From positions 224,001 through 288,000 of the forward strand of contig JBMNHS010000001.1 in assembly GCA_050950505.1 (NCBI GenBank): a stretch of DNA of 64,000 bases, read 5' to 3'. This document shows positions 41,801 to 51,812 of this stretch, in pieces (positions within the stretch are counted from its first letter, which is position 1; each line of letters begins with the position of its first letter). Source of the stretch: Candidatus Methanomethylophilaceae archaeon. Lineage in GTDB: Archaea > Thermoplasmatota > Thermoplasmata > Methanomassiliicoccales > Methanomethylophilaceae. The notes beneath the pieces were generated by a model. The model was not told the DNA's origin and made no database searches. It saw only the letters and a list, made by a program, of their open reading frames with translations. A program made the translations under genes and the position numbers.

Positions 41801-44800
41801 TCAGAACTCTTTTGCCCTCCTGCTTCTGAATACCACGGCTATTATACCTATGATTAATACAGCTGCGATCACAGCAACAATGCCGCTCATTGAGTTTGAA
41901 TCTACGACAAATCCGTTATCAAATTCAAATCCAATTTCTTCGAACAACAAGACATATTCCGAGAAATGTGTAGTTGTGAATTCAACGTACCCCATTCCGT
42001 CTTCCTCGAAATAATAGGCGTCAACGAGCTCTACGTTGTTGTTCAAACCGATGTAATAAACCTTTACCCAGTCTCTATTCTCACCGTCTTTCAGTGTGTA
42101 AGGTACGGTTATCTTGACATTTCCCAGATTGCTTGTGGATTTGGCATTTGTAAGATTTACACTGATTACAAAGGCGTCAGATACCTTTTCCCTCATCCCT
42201 TCATTCAATTCTTCGAGAATGATTTGATCTCTGAATCCAAAATATGTGTCCAAGGAGATGAGTATGTTATCTACGTCATAATCCGGACCGATAATAGCGT
42301 CCAGTGCGTCCGATGGGAAAGATATCGTTCCGTTTTTGAGTATAATATCCACAGTATCGGACTCATCGGCAGACCCGTCAATGTTTGCCCAAAGCTTTTC
42401 AAGATCCTTCTTGGCAACGGCAACAGCCTGCTTGTCCGTTCTGTCGATTGAGGTTGTTGAATCATTTATATTGACGATTTCATACCACAACGCAGTGACT
42501 ACCACGTCACGAGCAGGCATAATCTCCGGTAGATTAGGGAACCATTCGGCGAACGCGAATCCTTCCCTTACAGGATCTTCCGGTTTAACGATAGGCGTTC
42601 CGAAGGTTTGAGTCGTCGGTTCCGGAGGTAGTCCGTCACCGGGATAGAATGCAATCGAGTATTGGTTAACCGTCCATTCAGCGATAACTGATATGTCGCC
42701 TATGGGCATCGTTTCAGGTAACGCGGGACTCCATCCCACAAACGTGTATCCCTCCTTACTCGGATTGGCGGGAGGTGTTACGATCGCTTTGTAATCCAGT
42801 GTTATCGAAGCGACTTCATTTCCTCCGTCGGAGTCGAAGGTTATGGTGTATTGGTTTATCTTCCACGACGCCGTGAGCGTCATATCATTCGCAGGCATTG
42901 TGGGCGGAACTGGAATGTCCCAGCCCATGAATGTGTAACCTTCTTTAGTCGGATCGGCAGGGGGTGTTATAATCGCATTATAATCCAGAGTGATCGATGG
43001 GATTTCATTTCCTCCATTGGAGTTAAAGGCTATAGTGTATTGGATAACGTCCCATTCTGCGGTTATTATGATATCTTCTGTAGGCATTTCTAGAGGAATC
43101 AAAGTATTCCATTTAGAGAAAGTATGACCCGTTTTCGTCGGCGCTATCGGAGGTGTTACGGGAGTCCCATAACGCTGAATAATCGGTTCTACAAATGAGC
43201 CTCCGTCGGTCTCGAATGACATCATATAATGACTTTTCAGAGTTCTGACTTCAACCGTATCGCTTGAATCTGAAGAACCTATGATATTCGTCGCCAAAAT
43301 ATAGAATCCGTATAAGGTGTCTTCTTCCAAATTTGTTATGACGTATTCTGTGTTGTTTGTCGTATCATACTGTACCCATGATGCCTCGTTTCCACCTATT
43401 CTGTACCATACAGCATACGATACGGGATTTCCATTGGCGGACCATTCGAGACGTACTTTATCGTATCCGACAGGAGTAGCGGACAACCCTGTTACTTTGT
43501 CAGGCAGCGATAAGCGGATTAATTCCATGCCGCTCCACATGGATGAGTCAAATCCTGTTACGTCATCGAGATGATATATGGTTGTTTTACCCGAGAACGA
43601 ATTGATTTCGATACCCGGGGCGTTGCCTTCAAATTGTATACCGTTCAACGAAGAGCATCCATAGAACGCGTAATCGCCGATTGTGGATACGGTGGCAGGG
43701 ATGTTTATTTCGGCTAAGGACGAACAACCGCTGAAGCCGAAATCACCTATGCTTGTCACACCGGTGCTCATCGATACAGATGTCAGTAAGGAACATCCGT
43801 GGAAAGCATATTTGTCAATCAGAGAGACACTTTCGGGAATGATGATTTTTTCGTTCTTTCCATTCGGACACTTGATTAACACGTTAATTCCTTCATCGTA
43901 CAGAATTCCGTCTACTGAGGCATAGTTCTGATTTTCGGATTCCACGTTGATATCAGTTAATGACGAACAGCCCTGGAACGCATGTTTGTCGATACTTATC
44001 ACGCTTTCTGGAATGGTTATATTTTTCAGTGATGAACAATTGTGGAATGCGCCATACCCTATGTGGGTAACAGTGTTGGCAATCGAAACATCGGTCAGTG
44101 AAGAACTTCCAAAGAATGAGCAGTCGCCTATACTGATGACGCCGTCGGAGATTGTGACAAAGGCCAGATTGGAGTTATACCATGGCGTTTCGGGTCCATA
44201 TACCGAGTAGTATGATGCCCCCATTCCAGTTTGGCCCTCAGTCAGAGTCAGGGTTATGAGGCTTGTGAAACGCGCGCTAGTCCACATTTTGATGTCAATA
44301 GGAGCTGTCAAAGACGTTACGTTGTAACAGCCATATAATGCATGATCTCCGATTTCCTCAAGACTGTTGGGTAGTATTACATTCTCCAACGAGAAGCAAT
44401 TGTAAAAAGTAAAGTCTCCTAGGGATACAACGCCTTCCGAAACTATGAGAGATGTTAAATTGTAACGGCTTAGATGCCATGGAGTATACTGGTGTATACT
44501 ATACGATGGTCCTATGCCAACGTGTCCGCCTGTCAACACAATCGATTCTATATTTGTACAATCAAAGAACATATATTCCGTTACTTCGACATCTATTGGC
44601 ATCGTCAAAGATTTCAGACTCGTACAGCCATAGAATGCATGATCTCCTATGCCCGTAACACTATTGGGCATCTCTATGCCAGTCAGTGAGGAGCACCCAT
44701 AAAATGCATAGTCTCCTATAGAGTTGATTTCGCCTTCAATGGTGACATCTGTTAAAGACGTGCAATTGGAGAATGTGTACCCTCTTATGGAAGTAACCCC

Positions 44801-47038
44801 TTCAGGTATCGTTATGCTGGTTATACCTGTTGCATAAAACGCATACGATTCTATGTGAATTATTTCTTTCCCAAAGGAAATATATTCAAGAGATGTGCAT
44901 TGGGAAAATGCCGCATAACCGATATGAATGATTTCTTTCCCAAAGGAAATATATTCAAGAGATGTGCATTGGGAAAATGCCTCACTGTCGATGTGAGTAA
45001 CGTTTTCTCCTATAGAGATGTTTTTCAAAGATGTGCATTGGGAAAATGCCGCATAACCGATGTGAGTAACGTTTTCTCCTATAGAGATGTTTTTCAAAGA
45101 TGTGCATTGGGAAAATGCCGCATAACCGATGTGAGTAACGTTTTCTCCTATAGAGATGTTTTTCAAAGATGTGCATTGGGAAAATGCCGCATAACCGATG
45201 TGAGTGATTTCTTTCCCAAAGGAAACATTTTCAAGAGATGTGCATTGGAAAAACGTAGCATGATAGATCTGAGTCACGTTTCCTTCGACAGAAACATCGG
45301 TCAAAGATGTGCATAGACCGAATGCCCCCTCGCCAATGTGAGTAACGTTTTCTCCTATAGAGATGTTTTTCAAAGATGTGCATTGACTGAATGCCCCCTC
45401 GCCAATGTGAGTAACGTTTTCTCCTATAGAGATGTTTTTCAAAGATGTGCATTGATTGAATGCCCCCTCGCCAATGTGAGTTACTCTATCAGGTATTACT
45501 ACACTAACTAACGAGTCGCATTCAGAAAATGTATAGTCGCCGATGGATGTGACACCGTCTGAGATAGTAAGAGACACCAAATTGGAACTACTGTAGTACC
45601 AAGGAGTTACCTTATACGATCCAGAATAATCGGCACCCATCCCCGTCCGACCTTCTGTCAATGTGACCCGCTGTACGTTTGTACAGTTTTTAAACATATT
45701 TTCCGTAATCTGGATATCGATAGGGATGTCCAATGATTTTAAATTCGTACAATTATAGAATGCCTGTTTTCCTATCGACCTTACTCCGTCTGAAATCGTA
45801 AGATATACTGAATGGTTACTCTTATACCAGGGGGTGAATTCATACCCGTAAATGTAAGTGTAGTTGGAGAGCCAATATCTGTCGTAATCGGCCCCCTTCC
45901 CTGTCTGACCTACTGTCAATGTAATCCACTGTACGTTTGTACAGTTTTTAAACATATTTTCCGTAATCTGGATATCGATAGGTATACTCAGGATTGTCAA
46001 ACCTGTACAGCTGTTGAATGCACCGTCGCCAATAGATGTGATGCTATCCGGTATCGTAATTTCCTTTATTCCCGTGCATCCGGAGAATGCAGAGCTGCCG
46101 ATAGATGTGATGCTATCCGGTATCGTAATTTCCTTTATTCCCGTGCATCCGGAGAATGCAGAGCTGCCGATAGATGTGATGCTATCCGGTATCGTAATTT
46201 CCTTTATTCCCGTGCATCCGGAGAATGCAGAGCTGCCGATAGATTTTATTCCGTCTGAAATTGTGATGGATGTTAGAGTAGGCCTACTATGATGCCAGGG
46301 CAAGGCGTACTGATAACCTGCTGATGCCCATAATCCTGTTTTCCCCTCTGTCAATATTACTAATTTAATGTTTTCTGAATCCGGAAACATGGTGCTTGTA
46401 TATTGAATGTCCACGGGAAGCGTCAGTGATTCCACAGCTGTGCATCCAGAGAACGCATAATTGCCGATGGATTTGATTCCGTCCGAAATCGTAATGGAAG
46501 TCAAATTGGATTTGCTATACTGCCAAGGAGTTACAACGTTAGAACTATAGGATGTGCCTATACCTTCCTCCCCCATTGTTAATTTGACTGATTCAATGTT
46601 TGCACAATTATAAAATGAGTCTGAAACCGTTTGTAAATCTACAGGCATATCCAGAGACTTCAGATTTGTGCAACCAGAGAAGGCCTCTTTGCCAATGGAT
46701 CCGACTGTGTTTGGTATGATAATCTCAGTCAGACTTTTGTTATAAAATGCCCGCTCACCTATAGAGGAAACGATTTTGCCACTTATCTTATCGGGGATTG
46801 TTACGTTATTGCTTAATCCTTTGTATTTTGTGATTGTTAAGCTCCCGTCGTCGTTCTCCCTGTATTCAAAATCGCTCAATGGATTCGATGCAGAGGTAAT
46901 CGGAACAATTTCCTGGGAATCGGTTGTAAAATGTTGGGCTCCTTCCTCAACGTCGTTAGTATATTCTTCCAACAGGAAATAAGCAGGAACCGTCAGGACT
47001 ATTGCTAAAGCGATAACTGCATAGACTTTTCTACCCAT
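41801..47038 (-). CDS. Large BspA-LRR adhesin-like protein with FN3 and Listeria-Bacteroides repeats
   Basis: 1745 aa; many LRR_5 repeats, FN3 (VRLEWS...NLEEDTLYGFYI), PTKEGYTFxGW repeats, C-terminal TM. Confidence 0.9.
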   Translation of the reverse strand: MGRKVYAVIALAIVLTVPAYFLLEEYTNDVEEGAQHFTTDSQEIVPITSASNPLSDFEYRENDDGSLTITKYKGLSNNVTIPDKISGKIVSSIGERAFYNKSLTEIIIPNTVGSIGKEAFSGCTNLKSLDMPVDLQTVSDSFYNCANIESVKLTMGEEGIGTSYSSNVVTPWQYSKSNLTSITISDGIKSIGNYAFSGCTAVESLTLPVDIQYTSTMFPDSENIKLVILTEGKTGLWASAGYQYALPWHHSRPTLTSITISDGIKSIGSSAFSGCTGIKEITIPDSITSIGSSAFSGCTGIKEITIPDSITSIGSSAFSGCTGIKEITIPDSITSIGDGAFNSCTGLTILSIPIDIQITENMFKNCTNVQWITLTVGQTGKGADYDRYWLSNYTYIYGYEFTPWYKSNHSVYLTISDGVRSIGKQAFYNCTNLKSLDIPIDIQITENMFKNCTNVQRVTLTEGRTGMGADYSGSYKVTPWYYSSSNLVSLTISDGVTSIGDYTFSECDSLVSVVIPDRVTHIGEGAFNQCTSLKNISIGENVTHIGEGAFSQCTSLKNISIGENVTHIGEGAFGLCTSLTDVSVEGNVTQIYHATFFQCTSLENVSFGKEITHIGYAAFSQCTSLKNISIGENVTHIGYAAFSQCTSLKNISIGENVTHIGYAAFSQCTSLKNISIGENVTHIDSEAFSQCTSLEYISFGKEIIHIGYAAFSQCTSLEYISFGKEIIHIESYAFYATGITSITIPEGVTSIRGYTFSNCTSLTDVTIEGEINSIGDYAFYGCSSLTGIEMPNSVTGIGDHAFYGCTSLKSLTMPIDVEVTEYMFFDCTNIESIVLTGGHVGIGPSYSIHQYTPWHLSRYNLTSLIVSEGVVSLGDFTFYNCFSLENVILPNSLEEIGDHALYGCYNVTSLTAPIDIKMWTSARFTSLITLTLTEGQTGMGASYYSVYGPETPWYNSNLAFVTISDGVISIGDCSFFGSSSLTDVSIANTVTHIGYGAFHNCSSLKNITIPESVISIDKHAFQGCSSLTDINVESENQNYASVDGILYDEGINVLIKCPNGKNEKIIIPESVSLIDKYAFHGCSLLTSVSMSTGVTSIGDFGFSGCSSLAEINIPATVSTIGDYAFYGCSSLNGIQFEGNAPGIEINSFSGKTTIYHLDDVTGFDSSMWSGMELIRLSLPDKVTGLSATPVGYDKVRLEWSANGNPVSYAVWYRIGGNEASWVQYDTTNNTEYVITNLEEDTLYGFYILATNIIGSSDSSDTVEVRTLKSHYMMSFETDGGSFVEPIIQRYGTPVTPPIAPTKTGHTFSKWNTLIPLEMPTEDIIITAEWDVIQYTIAFNSNGGNEIPSITLDYNAIITPPADPTKEGYTFMGWDIPVPPTMPANDMTLTASWKINQYTITFDSDGGNEVASITLDYKAIVTPPANPSKEGYTFVGWSPALPETMPIGDISVIAEWTVNQYSIAFYPGDGLPPEPTTQTFGTPIVKPEDPVREGFAFAEWFPNLPEIMPARDVVVTALWYEIVNINDSTTSIDRTDKQAVAVAKKDLEKLWANIDGSADESDTVDIILKNGTISFPSDALDAIIGPDYDVDNILISLDTYFGFRDQIILEELNEGMREKVSDAFVISVNLTNAKSTSNLGNVKITVPYTLKDGENRDWVKVYYIGLNNNVELVDAYYFEEDGMGYVEFTTTHFSEYVLLFEEIGFEFDNGFVVDSNSMSGIVAVIAAVLIIGIIAVVFRSRRAKEF
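44860..45480. repeat. 69-bp tandem repeats encoding LRR units
   Basis: Near-identical TGTGAGTAACGTTTTCTCCTATAGAGATGTTTTTCAAAGATGTGCAT... units. Confidence 0.85.
46032..46238. repeat. Three perfect 69-bp tandem repeats
   Basis: ATAGATGTGATGCTATCCGG...AGAGCTGCCG x3 (46032, 46101, 46170). Confidence 0.9.
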
Positions 47039-47129
47039 ATAATCAGCGTTAATTACAACTTTTCAATATAAATAAATGACTTCCAGGCTTAAAAAACAGA
47101 TATTAAAAAGAGAAACCTGCCCAATTTAA

Positions 47130-48540
47130 AAAGTGGTCTGCACATTGAGGTTTATCCAAAAACACAAAAGTACAGACCGTGAGCAACATCTTCGAAGTTG
47201 GTTAAATAGTCAGCGGAAAAGACGCAACGGAATGCACCTTTTGTGCGGAGGATACCGAACGAGGTGCGAAAATGAAAATTGCGGTGGGAGTGGATCTTCA
47301 CTCGAAAATGGCCGTTGCATATGCCGTTTTGGCAAGCAACAGGGAACTGAAAAAGAACGAAAAAGAATTTTTGGATTATTTCAACAAGGAATTTTCCAAT
47401 GTTCCGTCAACACCGGAAAACATGAAACGTTTGGCCGTGGCCCTGCGGGGCCACGAGGCAAACGTTCTCATCGAGAATTCAACGAAGACGCACGAAACAT
47501 ACTGGGTATTGACGAATGCCGGGTGCAAAGTCACCGTGGCATTCGCGGCGGACCTGTACCGGATAACAAAATCCGTGAAGAAAACAGACCGTAACGACGC
47601 CATGGAATTGGCGGCGTACATGCGCAGGCGCATGAACGGCGAAAACGAGTTCGCCGAATGTTATATGCCGTCTCTGGACTGGATGATGAAGCGTGAAATC
47701 TGCCGTGCGGTGTTTTGGGAAAAAAGACATCTGGCCGACGTTAAAAGAAGGGTTCGGGCGCATTTGCTTCTTCACGGAATAAATCTGAGTCAGGAGTATT
47801 CGGATATTTTCTGCAAAAAAGCCGTTGCGGACATGAAGAGAACCAGGGATCCGGTTTTATTTATAGCGATAAACGAGGCAGAATCGATAAAAAAGAGAAC
47901 CGATGATATGAAAAAAATCGTAGAACATTATTTTGCGAACAACCGAATGTGCGAATTAATTTATTCGATTCCGGGTTTCGGTTTGATATCCGCGGCCTAT
48001 CTCACTTCTTTAATCGTGAATATGTCCAGATTCGAGAATTCGTCCAAATTCTCAGCGTATTTCGGTCTGGTTCCGAAAGTCAGGAACTCCGCGGATTCCA
48101 ATCCGCGGTGTTCCACCACTCACCGAGGGGACGAGGATGCCAGACGGTTGCTGTGCCAGTCTGCGATGGTACACATCCGCACCGTCGAAGACTCCGTCGT
48201 AACAAAAATGTATCACTGTCTCCGAGGCAACGGAAAGGCTCACAAAGAAGCTTTGGTTGCCTGTGCAAGAAAGCTCACGACCGTTGTTTGGTCAGTCGTG
48301 AAGAACGACCTTCCGTACACCGACGACGCGGGCCTTCTGGCCCGCGCCGAAGATGTGATAGAGAAGGTAGAGGAGGAAATGGCCGAATAATCGAACCGTT
48401 GCGGAGACTGAAAACGGACAACGGCGGGGAAAGAATCGCAGAACACCATTTGATCGTTTCTTCCGGAAACCGATCGGCAGATAAACTTGCGCAGTACCCC
48501 CTCGTCTTTCGGAGCAGTGTTGATTCTCAATAGAGTAATC
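47130..48540 (+). mobile_element. IS110-family insertion sequence (ends approximate)
   Basis: Transposase flanked by about 140-150 bp non-coding segments; no long terminal inverted repeats, as typical for IS110. Confidence 0.75.
47272..48390 (+). CDS. IS110-family DEDD transposase/recombinase
   Basis: GVDLH, IENST, KTDRNDA, SIPGFG, RF...AYFGLVP..RNS, ALVACARKL. Confidence 0.92.
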   Translation: MKIAVGVDLHSKMAVAYAVLASNRELKKNEKEFLDYFNKEFSNVPSTPENMKRLAVALRGHEANVLIENSTKTHETYWVLTNAGCKVTVAFAADLYRITKSVKKTDRNDAMELAAYMRRRMNGENEFAECYMPSLDWMMKREICRAVFWEKRHLADVKRRVRAHLLLHGINLSQEYSDIFCKKAVADMKRTRDPVLFIAINEAESIKKRTDDMKKIVEHYFANNRMCELIYSIPGFGLISAAYLTSLIVNMSRFENSSKFSAYFGLVPKVRNSADSNPRCSTTHRGDEDARRLLCQSAMVHIRTVEDSVVTKMYHCLRGNGKAHKEALVACARKLTTVVWSVVKNDLPYTDDAGLLARAEDVIEKVEEEMAE

Positions 48541-48569
48541 GCGCTTTTTATTTAGAATAATGTAATAAA

Positions 48570-48645
48570 TGGTGGGCCCGCCCAGATTTGAACTGGAGTT
48601 TCATACACCCCAAGCATGGAGGATACCAAGCTACCCTACGGGCCC
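48570..48645 (-). tRNA. tRNA-Pro(GGG), CCA encoded
   Basis: GGGCCCG acceptor stem, anticodon arm CATGC-TTGGGGT-GTATG, GTTCAAATC T-loop; follows rpoN. Confidence 0.93.
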
Positions 48646-48666
48646 TAATGTGTTTTTGTAAAAGGT

Positions 48667-48861
48667 TTAACCAAGAGGTGCGACCTCACCGATGAGGTCG
48701 GCGTGAGAGACGATCATTCTGCGACAGCAGTATCTTTCGAAACCGAGATCGTCCAAAACGTCTTTGGGGTTCTCTCCACCTTTGCTGACACGGTCTGCGT
48801 AAACGGGATAGGCGCTGCCCACCACTTTTCCGCACGTGAAACATCTCACCGGTATTATCAT
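48667..48861 (-). CDS. rpoN: RNA polymerase subunit N (Rpo10)
   Basis: [12 protein letters not shown]...RYCCRRM. Confidence 0.96.
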   Translation of the reverse strand: MIIPVRCFTCGKVVGSAYPVYADRVSKGGENPKDVLDDLGFERYCCRRMIVSHADLIGEVAPLG

Positions 48862-48867
48862 GTTACA

Positions 48868-49275
48868 TCACCTGTAGGACTTCTGCTTTCTTGCACGTGC
48901 ACCCGGACCGAGTTCCTTCTTCGGAAGCTTTCTCCTGGTGTCGTTGATTATCAGAGTTCTGTCATACTCTTTGAACATTGCCTCGAGTTCTTCGTCTTTG
49001 AAGTATTCGACGAGTCCTCTCGCAATCGCGGTTCTCGCGGCTGCGGCCTGTCCCATGACCCCACCGCCGTTGACGGTGACGCTTATGTTGACTTGTTCCG
49101 CCTTGTCGGCGGCCATTCCGAGAGGTTCCAGAATCTTGAGTCTCGCGAGTTCGGGGGAATAAACGTCAAGGGGGACCCTGTTTACGGTCACCTTGCCGTC
49201 ACCCTTCTCGACGACGGCTCTCGCAATCGCAGATTTCCTCTTTCCACTTGTGTTAACGCATTCCATGGAATTCAT
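48868..49275 (-). CDS. rps9: 30S ribosomal protein S9
   Basis: GKRKSAIAR, GGGVMGQA, ARARKQKSYR. Confidence 0.96.
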   Translation of the reverse strand: MNSMECVNTSGKRKSAIARAVVEKGDGKVTVNRVPLDVYSPELARLKILEPLGMAADKAEQVNISVTVNGGGVMGQAAAARTAIARGLVEYFKDEELEAMFKEYDRTLIINDTRRKLPKKELGPGARARKQKSYR

Positions 49276-49697
49276 CTCACATTGGAGCCCAGGTATTTTG
49301 AAACGGCTCCCAGGGTAGTATATTTGCCGACAATCTTCTTCTTCGCCTCCGCGGGCACCTCGACGGTTGCTCCGGAGAACTGTTTGGGCGTGCCCACGAA
49401 AACGTGGAGCCTTCTGTATGCATCCCTTCCGCTGGACTTCTTCCAGGGAATCATGCCCCTGACGGATCTCTTGAACAACAAGTCCGCCCTGCGGGGGTAG
49501 AAGGGACCTTTTCTCTTGGTGGCGTCACCAAGATCGATGCGGTGCTGGAATTTTGCGTTCAGCGCCGCTTTGTCCCCGGTCATTATGAGAGATTCCGAGT
49601 TTATGACGACGATTTCCTCGCCGTCCATGATTCTCTCTGCCACGATGCTTGCGAGCCTGCCGTATACCAGGTCCGTCGCGTCAATAACAGTAACCAT
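49272..49697 (-). CDS. rpl13: 50S ribosomal protein L13
   Basis: IDATDLVYGRLAS, GPFYPRR, RGMIP. Confidence 0.95.
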   Translation of the reverse strand: MVTVIDATDLVYGRLASIVAERIMDGEEIVVINSESLIMTGDKAALNAKFQHRIDLGDATKRKGPFYPRRADLLFKRSVRGMIPWKKSSGRDAYRRLHVFVGTPKQFSGATVEVPAEAKKKIVGKYTTLGAVSKYLGSNVR

Positions 49698-49703
49698 ACC
49701 TCA

Positions 49704-50066
49704 TCACCTCATTATCCTGATGTTGGAACCTTTTGGGTTTGAATCCATGAGATCTCTGATGCTCATGGCCTTACCGCCGGACTCCGCAATCGCGACTTTT
49801 GCCTTCTCTGAGAAAGCATAAGCAGCTACGTTCACTTTTTTCGTTATCTTGCCTGCCGCGAGAACTTTTCCGGGTACGACGATGGTCTCCCCGTCCGCAG
49901 CATATCTTTCGATTTTGCTGAGGTTGGTTTCGGCTCGGTTCTTGTTGGGTTTTTCAAGCCGAACCGCTATGTCTCGCCAGAGGGCAGAATCGTTGTCCCT
50001 CGAGGTCGTTTTGAGATCTTGAATCAAAGCGACCAAAGAGGGGTTAGTCTTGAAACTTGCCTTCAT
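49704..50066 (-). CDS. rpl18e: 50S ribosomal protein L18e
   Basis: KTNP...LWRDIA...VVPGKVL; start placed at MKASFKTNP. Confidence 0.93.
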   Translation of the reverse strand: MKASFKTNPSLVALIQDLKTTSRDNDSALWRDIAVRLEKPNKNRAETNLSKIERYAADGETIVVPGKVLAAGKITKKVNVAAYAFSEKAKVAIAESGGKAMSIRDLMDSNPKGSNIRIMR

Positions 50067-50243
50067 ATTTCTGACTCTCCCGACATTGGGTAAATCTGTC
50101 GTATGCTGGTTTTGTTTATAAAACTTACCTGGATTTTCCCTGTTATAATATTGCTTCAAACCCACGGTATGTCCGTACGCCCGACGACGTGTATATCTTC
50201 CGTTATCTTTAATACTGATTGTGTGATAGCAACGTCCGATATC

Positions 50244-51275
50244 ATGATTAGATTCGGACCTGCGGGCATACCGCTATCGTGCAAGGGCCGTACCCTCAAG
50301 GACGGAATCGAGGATGTTCACAACCTCGGACTCACCGCAATGGAGATTCAGATGGTCAGGCCGAACAGTTACGCGAGACCGCCCGAAGAGGAAGAAATCG
50401 GGATGACGATTAAAGATATCCAAGAGGATTTCGTCGTCGAGATTGTCAGGGACGGGATTCCGATGAACGATCCTGAACTTTCCATAGAGGAAGACGACGA
50501 TCTGCTTTATATTTCATCCGCGGTGTCCGACACCTTCGGTTCTCTTTACGAAATCGGAGAAATCGCCAAGAGAATGGATGTCACCGTGTCCATCCACGCA
50601 CCTTACTACATGGATCTGGGAACCGAGGCCCCCCTGGCCGAAATGTGCCTGGAAAGCATCAGACACGCGGCTTTGATTTTGAACGCTTTGGACGGCACCA
50701 CCGTCGTGACGAGTCTGGGGTTGTACGAAAACGAGGACCGCGAAGATGTTGACGCCCGCATTTACGAAAACGTTGTGGATCTGATGGACTGGTGGGCCGA
50801 TGAAGGGATAAAACCCAAACTGGGTATCGAAATAAGCGGGCACCAGGAAACCTTCGGATCTCTGGAACAGATTCTGGATCTGTGCACCGAGTTCGAGAAC
50901 ATCGTTCCGGTGCTGAACTTCCCCCGTCACCACGCACGCACCGACGGGTCTTTGCTCGAAGTCCAGGATTTCATTGACGTCATCGAAACCGTTCAGCCTT
51001 ACAGCGACGGTTCCGTTTATTCCCAGTTCTCCGGCGTGGAACACAGCGACGGCGAAGAAAGGAAACTCACCCCCATCAAGAAAGGGGATCTGAGATTCGA
51101 AACTCTGGCCGACGCGCTGACCGAAATTACGCCGGACATTACCATAATTTCCTGTTCCCCGTTGCTGGAACACGATGCCATGTACATGAGAATCATCGAA
51201 GAAAGGGTTCTCAGCAAGAAGGTCGCCAAGAACCTCAAGGAAATGAGAAAGCAGGCGGCGAAAGCAGAGGAATGA
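50244..51275 (+). CDS. Endonuclease IV-like TIM-barrel protein
   Basis: MIRFGPAGIP, SIHAPYY, GIEISG, FSGVE, SPLLEHDA. Confidence 0.75.
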   Translation: MIRFGPAGIPLSCKGRTLKDGIEDVHNLGLTAMEIQMVRPNSYARPPEEEEIGMTIKDIQEDFVVEIVRDGIPMNDPELSIEEDDDLLYISSAVSDTFGSLYEIGEIAKRMDVTVSIHAPYYMDLGTEAPLAEMCLESIRHAALILNALDGTTVVTSLGLYENEDREDVDARIYENVVDLMDWWADEGIKPKLGIEISGHQETFGSLEQILDLCTEFENIVPVLNFPRHHARTDGSLLEVQDFIDVIETVQPYSDGSVYSQFSGVEHSDGEERKLTPIKKGDLRFETLADALTEITPDITIISCSPLLEHDAMYMRIIEERVLSKKVAKNLKEMRKQAAKAEE

Positions 51276-51278
51276 TAC

Positions 51279-51812
51279 ATGGATCCGGCGCTGGAATACC
51301 TTTCGAAGAAATGCCTTGAGACCGCCGCTCAGGTGTCCGAGGAAGAAAGGGAGAAGCTTGCCGCCCTCATTTCCACCAACCGGAAGATTTTCATTTACGG
51401 TTCGGGAAGATCCGGACTTGTCGGCGAACTGTTCGCGGTGAGACTTGTTCAATTGGGTCTCGACGTTCATCTGGTGGGTGAAATGACCACGCCGATCATC
51501 GGCCGGAACGATCTCACCATACTGATATCCAACACCGGGGAAACGTCTTCTGTTGTCAAAACCGCGAACATCGCGGGACGGATCGGTTCTTACGTCGTGT
51601 CTTTCACTTCGGATTCCCGAAGCAAACTCGCCCATGCCTCCGACATGGTCATTCTTTTGCGTCCGGCCTGCATAAACCCCGAATACGCCCCGTTGGGAAC
51701 GGTGTTCGAAGGTTCGGCTCTCATGTTCTTCGACAGTTTCATCGCGGATCTTATGAAAAAATTCGATTGCGGCGAAACCGAAATGAAAGGCCGGCATGCG
51801 ATTTGGGTTTGA
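51279..51812 (+). CDS. hxlB: SIS-domain 6-phospho-3-hexuloisomerase-like protein
   Basis: YGSGRSG, AVRLVQLG, VGEMTTP, APLGTVFE. Confidence 0.8.
   Translation: MDPALEYLSKKCLETAAQVSEEEREKLAALISTNRKIFIYGSGRSGLVGELFAVRLVQLGLDVHLVGEMTTPIIGRNDLTILISNTGETSSVVKTANIAGRIGSYVVSFTSDSRSKLAHASDMVILLRPACINPEYAPLGTVFEGSALMFFDSFIADLMKKFDCGETEMKGRHAIWV

Noticed and set aside
44860-46238. Regular repeats as a possible CRISPR array
   Set aside because: Units are contiguous 69-bp in-frame LRR codons with no unique spacers, and there are no cas genes in the window.
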